Source: Schmidtea polychroa
Taxonomy: Eukaryota
NCBI GenBank assembly: GCA_044892525.1
Contig: CM097885.1
Location: 3,906,001 to 3,970,000, forward strand
Length of the DNA stretch: 64,000 nucleotides
Direction: 5' to 3'
Positions within the stretch are counted from its first letter, which is position 1; each line of letters starts with the position of its first letter. The notes under the pieces are model-generated. The model did no database searches and had not been told where the DNA came from. It worked only from the letters and a program-made list of their open reading frames with translations. The translations under genes were made by a program, and so were the position numbers. This document shows positions 34,554 through 48,089 of this stretch, piece by piece.

Positions 34554-35667
34554 TCATAACTTTTCAATTCTGCACCTGAGCAGCAATTTATTACTTTTGG
34601 CTGCGAATTTATAAATTGAGCGATCATTATTATAAATGCGAATTGGGTCATTTCTGTCATCTGATGGTTTCAACCATCCGGAATGATAAGGCCAATCTGA
34701 ATATTTCATTGACTGGCTCCTATAAATGTTGCCATTTGCTGGATCGATCATATCGATTGTCACCAATTGATTGAAAGGCCAATCCAATTGCTCATCATTT
34801 TCCCCACGCATCAAATAGAAATCGATATCAACCCAAATAGTCTGAGAACCCCTAATCTCCACTGCCAAGCAAATTTTGTAACCGATTGGCCCGGAATAAA
34901 ATGCGTCGCTGTAAATCAACCTATCTCTCTCTTGTTTTGAAAATTTATCGATTTGCCATTCAAAAAATCCATTATTTATATATTTTTCACTTCCTAATTT
35001 TGTTTCAATCTGCCGAATTTCATTGGCGCATTTTGCCATTTCAAGCTGCAACTGAATCTCAAATTCAAACATTTCAATAAATCACCTTTTCATTCTCCCG
35101 TTGCAGTCGCTGCTCGCATTTCTCTTTCATCTCATCAATTTGCTGTTGACAGTTTGCTACAATCACCTCAATTTGCTCTCTGATCTGCTTTGCATCAATA
35201 ACAAATCAATAACAAATCAAATCAATAATCAAACTTGATTGATTGATCCAATATTTCTCTCCATTCTCAATGAGCGATTCTCATTCTTCACAGCCGCCAT
35301 TTTCTCATTCAATTCTTCTATTTCTGCTCTGTTCTCCGCCTCTTTTCTTTCAATATTGCTCAATTTCACTTAAAATCACAAATATCAATTAAATTAATTA
35401 CAAATAAAATTTTACATTGATATTAATAATTTCCTCACGCAATTTGACATTCTCCTCTCTCATTGCCTGCATCTCATTGCACAAATTGCTGATCTGATCA
35501 ATCAGTAATTTGCTATGGCCTTCATTGTTCTCATTGAGATGTATTTTCATTTCGTCCTTCTCAACTCCAATCATTTCGCATCCAATTCTATTAAACGGGC
35601 ATCTAATTGGTTGCTTGTTACATGTTCTCATGTGACTCTCCATCATGCACAACTCTTTCTTACACAA
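34554..35667 (-). pseudogene. traf: TRAF copy 2, 5'-truncated (no RING), with a mutated splice acceptor and an open MATH exon
   Basis: Homology stops at about 35660. The intron 1 acceptor TGTAG is changed to TTTAA. MATH ORF 34554-35072. Confidence 0.85.
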
Positions 35668-36099
35668 GTCTTCTTACCTAAATGGTTAATTTGTTAACAA
35701 TGAAATTTTTGTTTCAGTGCTTACCTTTTATACTAATTTTTGCGTATGTGCGGACCAATCAAAATTGAGTGCCGCTTAATTATTTATTTTAATTTAATTT
35801 TTATGTTTCTTTGCTAATTTTCTTATTTTTTCTTTATTTTTATTATATTTTTTATTTATTTTCTTAATTTTCTTATTAACTACTTGATTTTTGTGTTATT
35901 TTCCTTATTATTGCAGTTTTTCTTATCTTAATTTTTAATTTTAATTTTTTGTTTTAGTTTTCATTGCCTAATTTATTATTTCTTCTTTATTATGTGTCTT
36001 ATTTTATTTTTAATTTTTTGTTTATTTTTACTCATTTGTTTATCATGTTTGTCTTAATGCTATTTTCTTATTTTTTATTTCAATTCAGCCCAACAGTAG

Positions 36100-36860
36100 T
36101 TTTTCATTGTATAGTTCCGTAGGGCATTCGTTTTTATTGAGGGAGAAATATCCTGATTTTGATGGTTTAAATTAAAATTTACTTTTGTGCAAGGTTAACT
36201 GTTTCTGTCAGTGCTTTTTAATTGATATTTAAGAGAGAGATGCTAGTACGATATCGCCTGCCTTAGCTAATATGCTGATATTATGTCCATGGAAAAGAAA
36301 AGGATGATCTACTAGGATTTATTTAGTATAAAATCAATTGCTAACCAAAAATAAGTCATAGATATTGAGCAACCTTGTTTAACCCCCTTTATAAAAGGTA
36401 CTGAAGATGATTTTTCTCCTTAACATTCAAAGAAGGTTTTTACACCATTATACATATCTTTAATTAGATTTACGGTTTTGTCGATAAGACCCATTTCTGT
36501 TAAATTGTGCCATATGAGGTCATGTTTGATGGACCCGAAGGCGTCTGAAATATCCACGGTCGGTCTTTGCATAGCCAAGTGATCCCTTAATAGTTTCAAA
36601 ATCTCCTCCTTAGGTTTAATTTTAAATTTAAATCTTTTTACAGATAAAAGTTCACAGTCAGATTTTAATTTTTTATGAATTACATCAGGCATTTTAGGGA
36701 AATTATATCTTTGTGGATTAATGTTTCCATTTATCCTTTCCAATTCATTTAGGGCAAATTGAGTATCAATTTTGTTTGTGTTTAGTTGTGTAGTTAAGGT
36801 ATTTATGAAGGATAAGATGATTGCAGATGAGAAAGGTTGATTAAGGTGGGTCATTACATC
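36100..36860 (-). mobile_element. Third-family NeSL-like fragment with an internal deletion
   Basis: PDVIHKK..KPKEEI..QRPT is fused directly to VDISDAFG; stops downstream. Confidence 0.8.
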
Positions 36861-39261
36861 TGGTGTATTCTATATGGATCTTGGTTTCTTTTGTCATCGC
36901 CAAGTCGAACTGAAGGAGACAAATAAATATTTGATGGCTGTCTATCACAGAAATAGCAAAGTTTGAGCATAAAGTTAACATCCCGACAAGAGTTCATTAA
37001 AACTGTCAAACCAAACTAGATGTTTACATATGATGATCACATGGTTTATGTAAATCCCAGCGGTTACATAACAATGTGTATGATTACGTCACCATCAGCT
37101 ACCCGATAATTGTGTAATACATACAAGGGACACGGTAATATTGGCACGGTAAGCTCACAGTATAATAGTGGGTAAATAACCAATTAAGTAACCAATAGAG
37201 AAAATATCGTCAAAACGACAATTTAGATTAGTTCCCTCACACGTTCATTGAGAATTCTTCTTACAGAGTTTCTTTAACTCAAAGATCGGCTATAATTTAG
37301 AAGTCGAGACGAGTCCATGATCATAATTGTCCATCTGAATTTGCAGAAATCAGCTATAGGATATTCCGTATAGAAATACATATTTCAATTAGCATCAACA
37401 TCCATGGGCGTATCTCGATTTTCGATGAATTTTTATCATCACGACCAACATGCGGCATTTGTTGGCCATTGATTAAGGCCATTGATGGGCATATAATAAG
37501 CATCCGCTTAATGTTAGGAGATTTAACGTAAATGCAATAATAGACGGCATAAAGAATTGCAAAGGCCCGAGAAATGGATTTAATCAAATAGACAAAGTTG
37601 TTTATCAGATCTACTTGACTCGATATGGGTGTTGATAATAAATTGAATTAATGTAAATTCACCCCGGAAACCGAGGAAAGCTTTAGGTCAATAAATAACG
37701 AATATAAAGAGATTGTTTATCCCCATAGCCGATCTACAGCTAGGACCGAACACCCGATATGACAAGAATATGATAAACAAAATAAAATTTTCTCGAATAA
37801 CTAATATCCAATTAAGTCCTTTTAATAAATCATCTGTCGGAAAAGTATTATTCTTAATCATTCTCATCTGAAGTCTCATAGTTCCTAAAGTTAAGCAATA
37901 AAAATCTTTCATCGACTCTAACCAAATCATATTTTCCCAAACTTATAGTACTTAATCATTAATAAACTGATGATTTAAATTCAATACAAAGGTAAAATTC
38001 ATCAATAAGAGCAGAAGGCCAAGGTATTACGGCTGGTGCACTGTAGGGATAGTTCGGAAATACCCGATAAAAGACGGGAAAAACATGTTTCCGTTGCACC
38101 AACAAGAGAATCAACTACAGTTGCCAAGGACCAGTTGTGTTGAGCAAGGATGCCATTTCCTACCTCTGATGGATCACGTTCTCTCCGGATCATCTAAACC
38201 CAATCGTGTATCTACGGAAACCACAGAAATCACTACAGCGTCGATACCTCTTCCTGATAATAAGTATCTCGCCTCATCTGCGAAGAAACGGAAACGGCCA
38301 TGTCGGGCCGAGAAGAATCAAAAGCGACGACATACTATTGCTGCTCTAGAAGTGACCCTGTTCACTGCTCAATCTTCTAAAGAGAAAGTTCCCAAGATCG
38401 ATATTTCCGGATAGTTTCCACCGAGATATCGCATCTACGAGAAGAAGCAAGGCTACAGGTTGACATAGACGCCCTGTTAGCTGAGGGCGAAATGTTTTAA
38501 ACTGCTCAAATGACCCGTATCCCGAATGAAGTGTGAAATTGTATCATGTCCTTTGACATTCGGTGTAGAATTCATTTGTGTTTTCACGTTGTGCAATAAA
38601 ATTTATTAGTGTTGAATTTGATATGGTCAACTTCGTTGTTTTAATTTTGTGTTTGGAATTCATGGAGAGTTATGTAATCTAGAGGTTTAATCATAGAAAG
38701 ACGTCCCTGGGACCAGGATGTCGGTTTGTGTAAATCAGACGAGGTAAGACCTTCAACGGCACTCTAGAACCCGAACTGTGAAATTTACCAGGAATAGTTC
38801 TCCCATGGGAGCTCACCTGCCTGTAGATTCCGACCTATGTACGCAGTACCAACGTGTTACATCACTACGGGCGCACATAAGGGAGATGATTCACAAACCA
38901 TGAAGATTACTTGGGTTATTCCATCTGAACATATAAATAGTTTCTTTTTCCCGCTAAGTAACCAACAAATTTATTTATTTTTACATAGCGATAATTTACA
39001 CTAAGTTCAAAGTTTTCTTTATTACTCTCACTAAATCTTTCGTTTAATTTTCTTCCATCAATTGGCAATTCTGTTTTCTCGCCGGTCACTTTTATACCTC
39101 TCTCGTAATTTGATTTCGCTGTGTAAAATTAGTTCGGATCCAATTTTACCCCGGGCATCCTCTTGTCGCTTTGAAGAATTTCTCCTTTGACGACTTACCT
39201 TAATTTGATTTTGATGTTCTCTCACATAGCTCAGGTTTTCCATTGTCCCGGGTTTTCCAGT

Positions 39262-39905
39262 TGTTATGTTAAATGTTTACTCTTAGCTTGTATCTAATTT
39301 GTATAAGATTATTTAAGAAATTTGATGAGCTCGAAAGAGTCTCCGTTAAAACTTGTGGCGGGACAATCGGGGTGCGTGTGTATCTGCGTGCTTATGACAC
39401 CCCAAATAAAATGTATAAAAAAATTAACAATAACAGTTGTAAACGATAACAATTTTTATTAAAGAAATAATATATATAAAATAATCGACCTGAAACCTCG
39501 GCTCATAGAAATTGGACAAGTCTTTATAATTTTCTTTTTTTATCTTTTTCGGGATTTTATTCTTGAATTGTTAATGTTTGATAATATTCCTTTTAATATT
39601 TTTCAGAACTTTAATCTCGAATTGTTTAGGTTTTATAATTTTCTTTTTTATCTTTTTCGGAACTTTATTCTTGAGTATCTTAAGATTAATCTTCTATATA
39701 ACTTTCTGTTTTCTTAGTTATCTAAATATCTAATTCGATTTTTTTATTTTGTCAATTTTTACTATAGCAAATTATCGCTATATAGTTTTTTTAATAATTT
39801 TAGTTCCAGGAAGTCGAGAACGCCAAAACAGAAGTAAAAATAAAACCTAATTGAGGTTCTGTTTTGGTTCATAATTATATTTAAAAAATGTAAAATTCTA
39901 CTACA
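39262..39905. mobile_element. Solo LTR (TG...CA) with 5-bp TSD CCAGT
   Basis: CCAGT at 39257-39261 and 39906-39910; homologous to 48600-49210. Confidence 0.85.
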
Positions 39906-40614
39906 CCAGTGTCTCTGATTCTCCATTAGTTAATTAAATTTTAATAAATTTTAGTTTTTTATAAGTAATGACCCCCAATGAATTTATTTTTTTCATAAAT
40001 GCCTTTAAGTAAATCTATCAGCGACACTAGGACATTTAAAAACACACCGAACGAATTTCAGGTTCCAAAATATTTTCTTATAGCTTTTATATTTAAGATC
40101 CAGCTGGTTGTCTTATTTTCTAATTTTTTTAAATATTAAGTATTTCAAGATAAATTTCGTAAGTATAATTCATTTATAAAATTTATCAAATTTGTGATTT
40201 TAAATATTAATTAAATATTAATTATTAATTTACATAAAATGATTTTTGTTTTAATAATATTATATTTGAACATTTAGCGAATGAAAAAGTGAATAAATTT
40301 ATGAAATGTTAGATTATTTAATATTAAATCAGGCCGCTAGCTGTTATAAAGTATCTCATTACAAATGCAAATGGCGGGCGAAGCAATGCAGAGTAACAAT
40401 ATGATTATTATTATATTATTATTAATTTATAAGATAAATTTTTTTGTAAAATTCATTTATAAAATTTATCAAATTTGTGAATTTAAATATTAATTTACAT
40501 GAAATCATTTTTGATTTAATAATATTATATTTGAACATTTAGCTAATGAAAAAGTGAATAAATTTATGAAATGTTACATTATTTAATATTAAATCATTTC
40601 ATTAGCTGTTAAGA

Positions 40615-41000
40615 AGATCTCATTAAAAGAATGCGTAACAGAATTTGATAGAGTTTAGAAAGCACCGATTGCCCTCATCGCATCGACAGCTCTCATTTTG
40701 GTAAACTTACCCAAACTGATGTGAAAGCAATTTGGACCATTTTATCAGTATTGTTGTTGCGGATTGCGTTGAAATGCCTCACAAATAGCTGGCGGAGGTG
40801 AAATGTTAAGGCATTAATCAATTTGATATAAGGCAATTTTAGTATTGCATTTAGGTGCATTTTACTGCCATTCAATACAGCAATAATTTCTCCACAACTC
40901 ATATAACATCAGCAGCAGCAGCGATGGCGGTTTTCTCGTCGGTTCCATTCGTCATAGGAGCGCTTGATTTGTTGAGGCGATTTGTCAGCGCTTATATTCG
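40615..41000 (+). pseudogene. Ndc80-like fragment copy
   Basis: Near-identical to the other copies but lacks the DPRPL exon. Confidence 0.55.
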
Positions 41001-41221
41001 GGTGAATTTTGATTGGATTATTTCTTTCACATTAATTATTAATTTAATTATAATAAATATAATGATAATATCGGATGGAAGGCGCGCGGGGGGGGGAGAA
41101 TGACAATGATTATCGCAATGATTAGCTCATATAATAAATCAATAATAATAATAAGGCAAATAATAAATCAGATCAAAAGCCAAAATAAATCAATTTTTTA
41201 TTGAAATGTTTTTTAAATTTG

Positions 41222-42654
41222 TCATAATTTTTCAATTCTGCACCTGAGCAGCAATTTGTCACTTTTGGCTGCGAATTGACGGATTGAAAGATCATCATCA
41301 TAATAAATGCGAATTGAATCATTTCTGTCATCTGACGGTTTCCCCCATCCGGCTGCATCAGGGCAATCTGAATATTTCATTGACTTGCTCCTATAAATGC
41401 TGCCATTTGCTGGATCGATCACATCGATTGCCACCGATTGATTGAACGGCCAATCCAATTGCTCATCATTTGCCCCACGCATCACACAGAAACCAGCATC
41501 AATACCCCAAAACCAATCACCCCCAATCCTCACCGTCAAGCACATTTTGTAACCGATTGGCCCGGAATAAAATGCCTCGCTGTAAATCAATTCATATCTC
41601 TTTTGTTGTGAAAATTTATCGATTTGCCATTCAAAATATCCATAATTTATATATTTTTCACTTCCTAATTTTGTTTCAACCTGCCGAATTTCATTGGCGC
41701 ATTTCGCCATTTCAAGCTGCAGCTGAATCTCAAATTCAAACATTTCAATAAATCAATAAATCACCTTTTCATTCTCCCGTTGCAGCCGCTGCTCGCATTT
41801 CTCTTTCATCTCATCAATTTGCTGTTGACATTTTGATTCAATCACCTCAATTTGCTCTTTGATCTGCTTTGCATCAATAACAAATCAATAACAAATCAAA
41901 TCAATAATCAAACTTGATTGATTGATCCAATATTTGTCTCCATCCCCATTCTCAATGAGCGATTCTCATTCTTCAATGCCACCATTTCCTCATTCAATTC
42001 TTCTATTTCTGCTCTGTTCTCCGCCTCTTTCCTTTCTATATCGCACAATTTCACCTACAATCACAAATATCAATAAATTAATTACAAATAAGATTTTACA
42101 TTGATATTGGTAATTTCCTCACGCAATTTGGCATTCTCCTCTCTCATTGCCTTCATCTCATTGCACAAATTGCTGATCTGATCAATCAGTAATTTGCTAT
42201 GACCTTCATTGTTCTCATTGAGATGGACTCCCATTTCATCCTTCACCACCTCATTGGTTTCGCATCCAATCCTATTGAACGGGCATTTTATTGGCTGCTT
42301 GGTGCATGTTCTCATGTGGCTCTCCATCGCATCTAATTCATCTTTGAATTGACAATTTTGCATTGGGCATCTCACTATCACTTCTGAAATCCGTAAATTG
42401 ATCGCCTGATCTTCATAAACATCTTTATTGAAATTTATCATTTTTTTCCCGCAATGTTTTGCTGCTCCTGGACAGAATTTATCCGCTCCATCCAAATAAT
42501 GCTCAATGCAATCAGAACAAAAGCGACAACCGCAAGGAGCATTGCAAGCCTTTATCATTAAACATTTGCAAATTCTGCATATCAATTCACTGCTGATTTC
42601 ATTATCAAATTCAAATTTATTTCTCTTCATCATTTCCCATACGCTTGCAAACAT
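41222..42654 (-). CDS. traf: TRAF-family protein copy 3, 4 coding exons, about 432 aa, apparently intact
   Basis: Exons 42654-42100, 42054-41914, 41866-41765, 41722-41222; GT-AG introns of 45, 47 and 42 nt, all phase 0; no stops. Confidence 0.9.
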
Positions 42655-43104
42655 TTTATCTAAAATTAATAAAATTATCAAAATATTTCAACATTTTACA
42701 ACATAAATCATAAATCATACTTATTATATTAATTATTTCCTCTGACGTTTACAATTTCAATATTTATAATTTGTATTTTGATGTAGATAAACAAACATTT
42801 TTTAAATATTGTATTTTAGCTTTGAGCGCAATTCATAATATTAATAATGTTAATTTTCAGCGTTTTTCTCATTTTAAATCTTAAAAAATTATTTAAATTA
42901 TAATTTGATAACAAAAAGTAAAATTTTAATGGAAAGTTAAATAAATCCAAATTAAAAATAGATCAAAATATAAAAAAATTATTAAAATAAAAAAAAAGTA
43001 ATTATTTAAAGAAATTTATCTGAAATTAGAATTTATTTGAACAGGTTAAAAAGAAATTCAAAATCATCAAAGCAAAAATAGAAATCTAAATAAAATCAAT
43101 ATAA

Positions 43105-43880
43105 ACATTACAAGCTTTAAGATACCCAGTGCAAATCCCAATAGTAGACGAGTTTCGAGCTTTTGGCTCTCATCAGTACTATGCGGGAGACGCGAAGATT
43201 TCTCTTCGCGCCAGTTAAGTATACAAAATTGCTGATTCAACTCGATTGCGTACTTTCTCTGGTACACTGGAAATCGCATTCACAGAAAATAATTCACAGA
43301 AAAAATATCTGCAAACTTGTAAAAATGGCGAATGAAAAATCATATTCACCTCTGGAGAACAAAATAGTATTGACACAGAAATTTTTCACAAGTGCATCCG
43401 TAAACCTTTAGCTAAGCTCAAACTTCTCTACCATTGGGATTTGCACTGGTTATCACAAAGCTTGTAATGTTTATATTATTCAAATGTTAGACATCCATTA
43501 CACCATTAAAATTCAATATTGTTTCTTGAAATACTTTTTAACAAAATAACAAAAAATTTTCATTAAATTTTTAAAGAAAAATTGTTTAGGATTTGAATAT
43601 AATTTAACTGGGTAAAGCTAAACGGGTTATTAATGTATTCAGGAATTGTGAGGTTTTGGCCATTGATCTAATGATCTCGATATGGTTATAAATTTTGGGA
43701 ATGATCCACAATTAGATAAGAATGAATGAATGTAAATTGACTGATATGTCGAATGATGTAGTGAATATTAGCATTGATACTAACAAACAAGATGAGCCAA
43801 AATATACGATGATATTGCCGTATTAGGAAGGATATAAAGATTTCAAAAGAAAGATAGGTGAACAACTAGCTAGACAAAGA
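43105..43880. mobile_element. Penelope-like element remnant with inverted pseudo-LTR pieces
   Basis: Hammerhead-bearing unit (-) at 43105-43225, an inverted partial copy (+) at 43395-43475, and a downstream PLE-linker-like MILPY*EGYKDFKRKI. Confidence 0.55.
43141..43182 (-). ncRNA. Type I minimal hammerhead ribozyme
   Basis: ATAGTA-CTGATGA-GAGC caaaa GCTC-GAAA-C tc G-TC^TACTAT: complete core, 6-bp stem I, 4-bp stem II, minimal stem III, GUC cleavage site. Confidence 0.9.
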
Positions 43881-46469
43881 TTTCTCTATATTAAAAATAA
43901 TAGTGAATCAAGTGAATTTGATTAATTAATTTGATAATTAAAATAAAAATGATGACAAATAATAACAAAAAAAATAATAAAGGTAAAATTATAATAATAA
44001 TAATATAAATAAAAAAATAATAATACTAATAGAAATAACAAAATGATTACTATAATATAAATAATTATAATTATTATTATTAATAATAATATTAATAAAA
44101 AAATATAATAATTAAAAAAATTAATAATAATAAAAAATTATACTAATTGAAATAACAAATTAATAAGAAAAATTATAAATAATAAAAATATATAAAATTT
44201 AATAAAAAAATAATAAAAATGACAATAATAATAATCTTAATAAATTATAATCTAAAAAAATTATAAAAATAAAAATTATTAATAATAAATATAGTTATAA
44301 TAAAATTAATAATAATAGAAAAAAATGATAAAAATATTCAAAGAAAGAATTTGAATTTAATAAACAATTAATTACTTACAATTAATTAATAAAGGAGTGA
44401 ATTCTGTACAATAATGAATTTAAAATTAATGTAATTTTGATGATAAAAATCAATAAAAAAATAAAAAACAATATAATTATATTTTTAATTAAAAATTAAT
44501 TTTAAAATAACAAAATATTCAATAATGTTTTTCCATTAAAGTTACTGAAAATGAAAAAACAGAACAGAAGAATAAAACTCTGTCCTAATAATAATTTGTT
44601 TATTTGTTTTTTCGGATTCCGTTGGCCAATTCGAAAATAATTCGCTCGATTATCCCGATCAAATGCATCAAAATTTCGACCGTTTTTCTTTTTGATTCAG
44701 AAATGTCAAAGCTAGACAAAGATTTGTGACCGAGAGCTTGTCAAGTATTGTCGTAGGCTTCATCATCTCTCGTAGAACTGACGAACAATCAACACAATAA
44801 TGAATCCAATAGAGAAATAACTGAAAATAAACAAATGCAAACATTTTGCCTAAAATGATCAAATAAAATTTCCAAAAATCCCAAAGATTGTTTTTCTAGT
44901 CAAGTTTTTCATTTTTGAAAAATTTTAAATTTTCGCCACAAAAATCTTGAAGAGATACAAAATTGTTGTTGTCAACAAATATATTGGTGATGTCGTCCTC
45001 TATATTTTTGCCGAAATAATTTTTAAAAAATCTCAAAGCCCCACGCTACGGCGAGATAAAGCTTAAAAGTTAACCTTAAAATCAATATTTGCAGTTTTTA
45101 ATCAATAATTACACATTTAAATCAATAATTGAATTTCTTTTTAAAAATCGTTTAAAATCAATAAATGCACTTTAAAATCAATAAAAATATTTTTAAATCA
45201 ATAATCACTACTTGACCTTAAAAGGGCCCCATGTGGATGACCAGAGTGCGATAATTAATGGTGGTTTGTCACTTGTATGCCTCTCTACTATGCCGAGAGC
45301 GGAAATTTCGGCAAATATAAAAGCATATCACACGTTTCCATGAAATCTCTATAAATTCCCATTATAAAAAGGAAATGGGTTGGGATAATTTCATATCATT
45401 TCATGCATCATCACAAACATTCCGCATGATTGCCTATTCTAAATTCGATTTCTGTTCCAATCAAATTGTATTTATTAATTACAAATAGCTCTGAAATGCA
45501 TTTAAAATCTTCATTTAATTTTTATTTAAAGATTTAACCAAAAAAAATAATTAGATTGATTTTCCTTACAGGCTGCCAAGCAATTTGTCTTTGGGTAGGC
45601 NNNNNNNNNNNNNNNNNNNNNNNNNNNNNNNNNNNNNNNNNNNNNNNNNNNNNNNNNNNNNNNNNNNNNNNNNNNNNNNNNNNNNNNNNNNNNNNNNNNN
45701 NNNNNNNNNNNNNNNNNNNNNNNNNNNNNNNNNNNNNNNNNNNNNNNNNNNNNNNNNNNNNNNNNNNNNNNNNNNNNNNNNNNNNNNNNNNNNNNNNNNN
45801 NNNNNNNNNNNNNNNNNNNNNNNNNNNNNNNNNNNNNNNNNNNNNNNNNNNNNNNNNNNNNNNNNNNNNNNNNNNNNNNNNNNNNNNNNNNNNNNNNNNN
45901 NNNNNNNNNNNNNNNNNNNNNNNNNNNNNNNNNNNNNNNNNNNNNNNNNNNNNNNNTTATAAATATTAAATAATAATAAATAAATAAAAATAATTATAAC
46001 ATAAATAAATATTAATAAATGTAATAAAATTAATTAATTTCTTTATTATTATAATAAAAATGTTAAATGAACCCACCAAATTCAGACCGATCCTAAAATG
46101 CCTTTCCCAAGAATTATGAGTTATCGTATCAGCTCAGCGGTCGTTTTGGATTCTTTGATTTCCATTTACCGGGCAATTGAAAGGGCTGAATTCAACGCTA
46201 ACAATCTAATTGAACTCCAGGAAGCCATTCGGCACTAAATGGGCATCAAATCGAGCAGTGAAATCATGAAACGATCTCAGAATGGCGACCAAATAACCGA
46301 AGAGATGCAAGCAGCGAATGAACACAACTAATTGAATGCGCTAACATCAGAGAAATATCCGAGGAATCCAATCGAATTGACAATTGCATTGAGACCGAGC
46401 ATGGAAAGCATTCACAATTGGCAGTGCAATCAGCCAGGGGGAATCCTCAGGTACGTGATGAACCATTTA

Positions 46470-46720
46470 TAGGAAATCCTCCACAAGCTGCAAATTATAT
46501 GCCGCTTTGTCTCTCCGTGTCGGTTGTATTTGCTTGATATCCATCTCGCCGCACTTTGGGCGCTGCCGTGGCGCTCCTTTAATCAATGCTATTATACACC
46601 TCTGCACATTCGGCATGCGCGCTCTCTCTGTCGCGGTTTCGTAATAGCTTATAATAGCATATTCCGCATGATAACCGCTCCTGGATGCGCATTGGCGGTG
46701 CTCGATTCATAATTTCTGAT
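46470..46720 (-). pseudogene. Degenerate RING-finger-like reading frame
   Basis: LSCGICYY/fs/..QRCIIAL..RPKCG..YNLQLVEDFL*; several zinc ligands are missing. Confidence 0.35.
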
Positions 46721-46964
46721 TACTGTTGCTCATCCATACAAATATATACATAGAGGTTTTGTTGTCATGGCTTTCCATTTGTCTATTTGCATTCCATACT
46801 TGAATTTCCCCTTTATTTCACGCACAGGAACAATCGGCCTCGTGTCCGTTTCCTTGCCTCATTATTAACCAGTCTGTTAATATTAACTCAAGAGCAAAGC
46901 CATCTTAACAAAATGCGAGAAATGGAAACTGGTTAATGAAATTAATACAGACGCTCATGCCAAT

Positions 46965-48032
46965 ATGGGAACTACATCAAATGATTTCAACATTTTTAGA
47001 AAACGATTCTATTTGTGGTCCATCAAAATATTCCTGATCTCATATTTTAAAGATAATGAAGCAACACTCCGAGCCCTATGGGAAGATGCAAAGATTACCA
47101 AATATTTTACCTGCCAGGAAGAACTTGGTGGAAATGGCTTTCGACATCTTCAATGCATGCTCGAAACATGCTGAAATTTCTCGATATCGGCAGTCCGAGC
47201 TCAATTCAAAATCCCCTTCATTAAAGGGCATCCAGCTTCTGAGAAAGCGGCCGTACTCGCCTATGCGACGAAACTGGAGACGCGGATCTCTGGGGGAATT
47301 CATCTCCAATATGGAACGCAGAGTAAGAAATATTCTGAAAATAATTATAAAATGCACTAAATTCTAATAATTTAAATGAGGCGATTGAAATAATTAAAGA
47401 ACAAGAGCCATTTCAGTTTCTTACTAAGCGAAAAGTTTTTATCGAAAGCCTAATGAGCGAATTCGGGAAAGCCACAGAAGCAAATTTTACCGATTTTAAT
47501 ATACAAAAAATAAACGTAAATGATATTTTTCGTGGGCCAACCGGAATGGGAGAAACCAATTTTGCACTAAGCCGCTTTAATAACCCCGTTCATGTGAAGC
47601 ATATTCAGATGCTTGGTCGAATTTCATCAAAAGGTAATCAAACAGATGGAATCGTTATATGCTGTAGGTAGATGTGAGCTAATGAATCAGTATGGGTTAT
47701 CGCGCATTTGATCGTCAAAAGTTAATCAAACAGATGGAATCGTCATAGACGAGTTATAATTTAACAAATTTTCAGCAAGCGAATTCTTGAGTTTGGTCGA
47801 CCTCGCGTTTGAAAATTGTGTCAATATAAAAAAATTCTCTATTGCGATATTTCCTAAATGCTTACCGCGTATTTTCTGTATAAATACGTTGAATAACCTT
47901 TCCCCTGATAACATTTCCCCCGAGATTCAGAGTGCGATCAATCGCCGAATAGTAATCCACCGTTTTGAAAGCAAACTTTATGAAAATTACATTAATGATC
48001 ATGAAGTAATATATATTTCATTTTCATTCTAG
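46965..48032 (+). pseudogene. rep: Endogenous CRESS-DNA virus Rep (HUH endonuclease + SF3 helicase), fragmented
   Basis: YFTCQEELGGNGFRHLQC (RCR motif II), LAYATKLETRI (motif III), GPTGMGET (Walker A, K>E), GIVIDE (Walker B), PRIFCIN (motif C) and AINRR (Arg finger), colinear across stops and frameshifts. Confidence 0.85.
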
Positions 48033-48089
48033 GTGATCTAGAACCCATACTTGAACTCGGATCAACGGTTCCGCAGCTTTATAAGAGAC

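Noticed and set aside
37120-37150. YKGHGN resembling the parvoviral PLA2 calcium loop
   Set aside because: No downstream HDxxY catalytic motif, and the frame closes.
39321-39345. TTGATGAGCTCGAAAGAGTC resembling a hammerhead core
   Set aside because: C3 is absent, there is no real stem II or stem I, and the motif is not conserved in the sister LTR at 48720.
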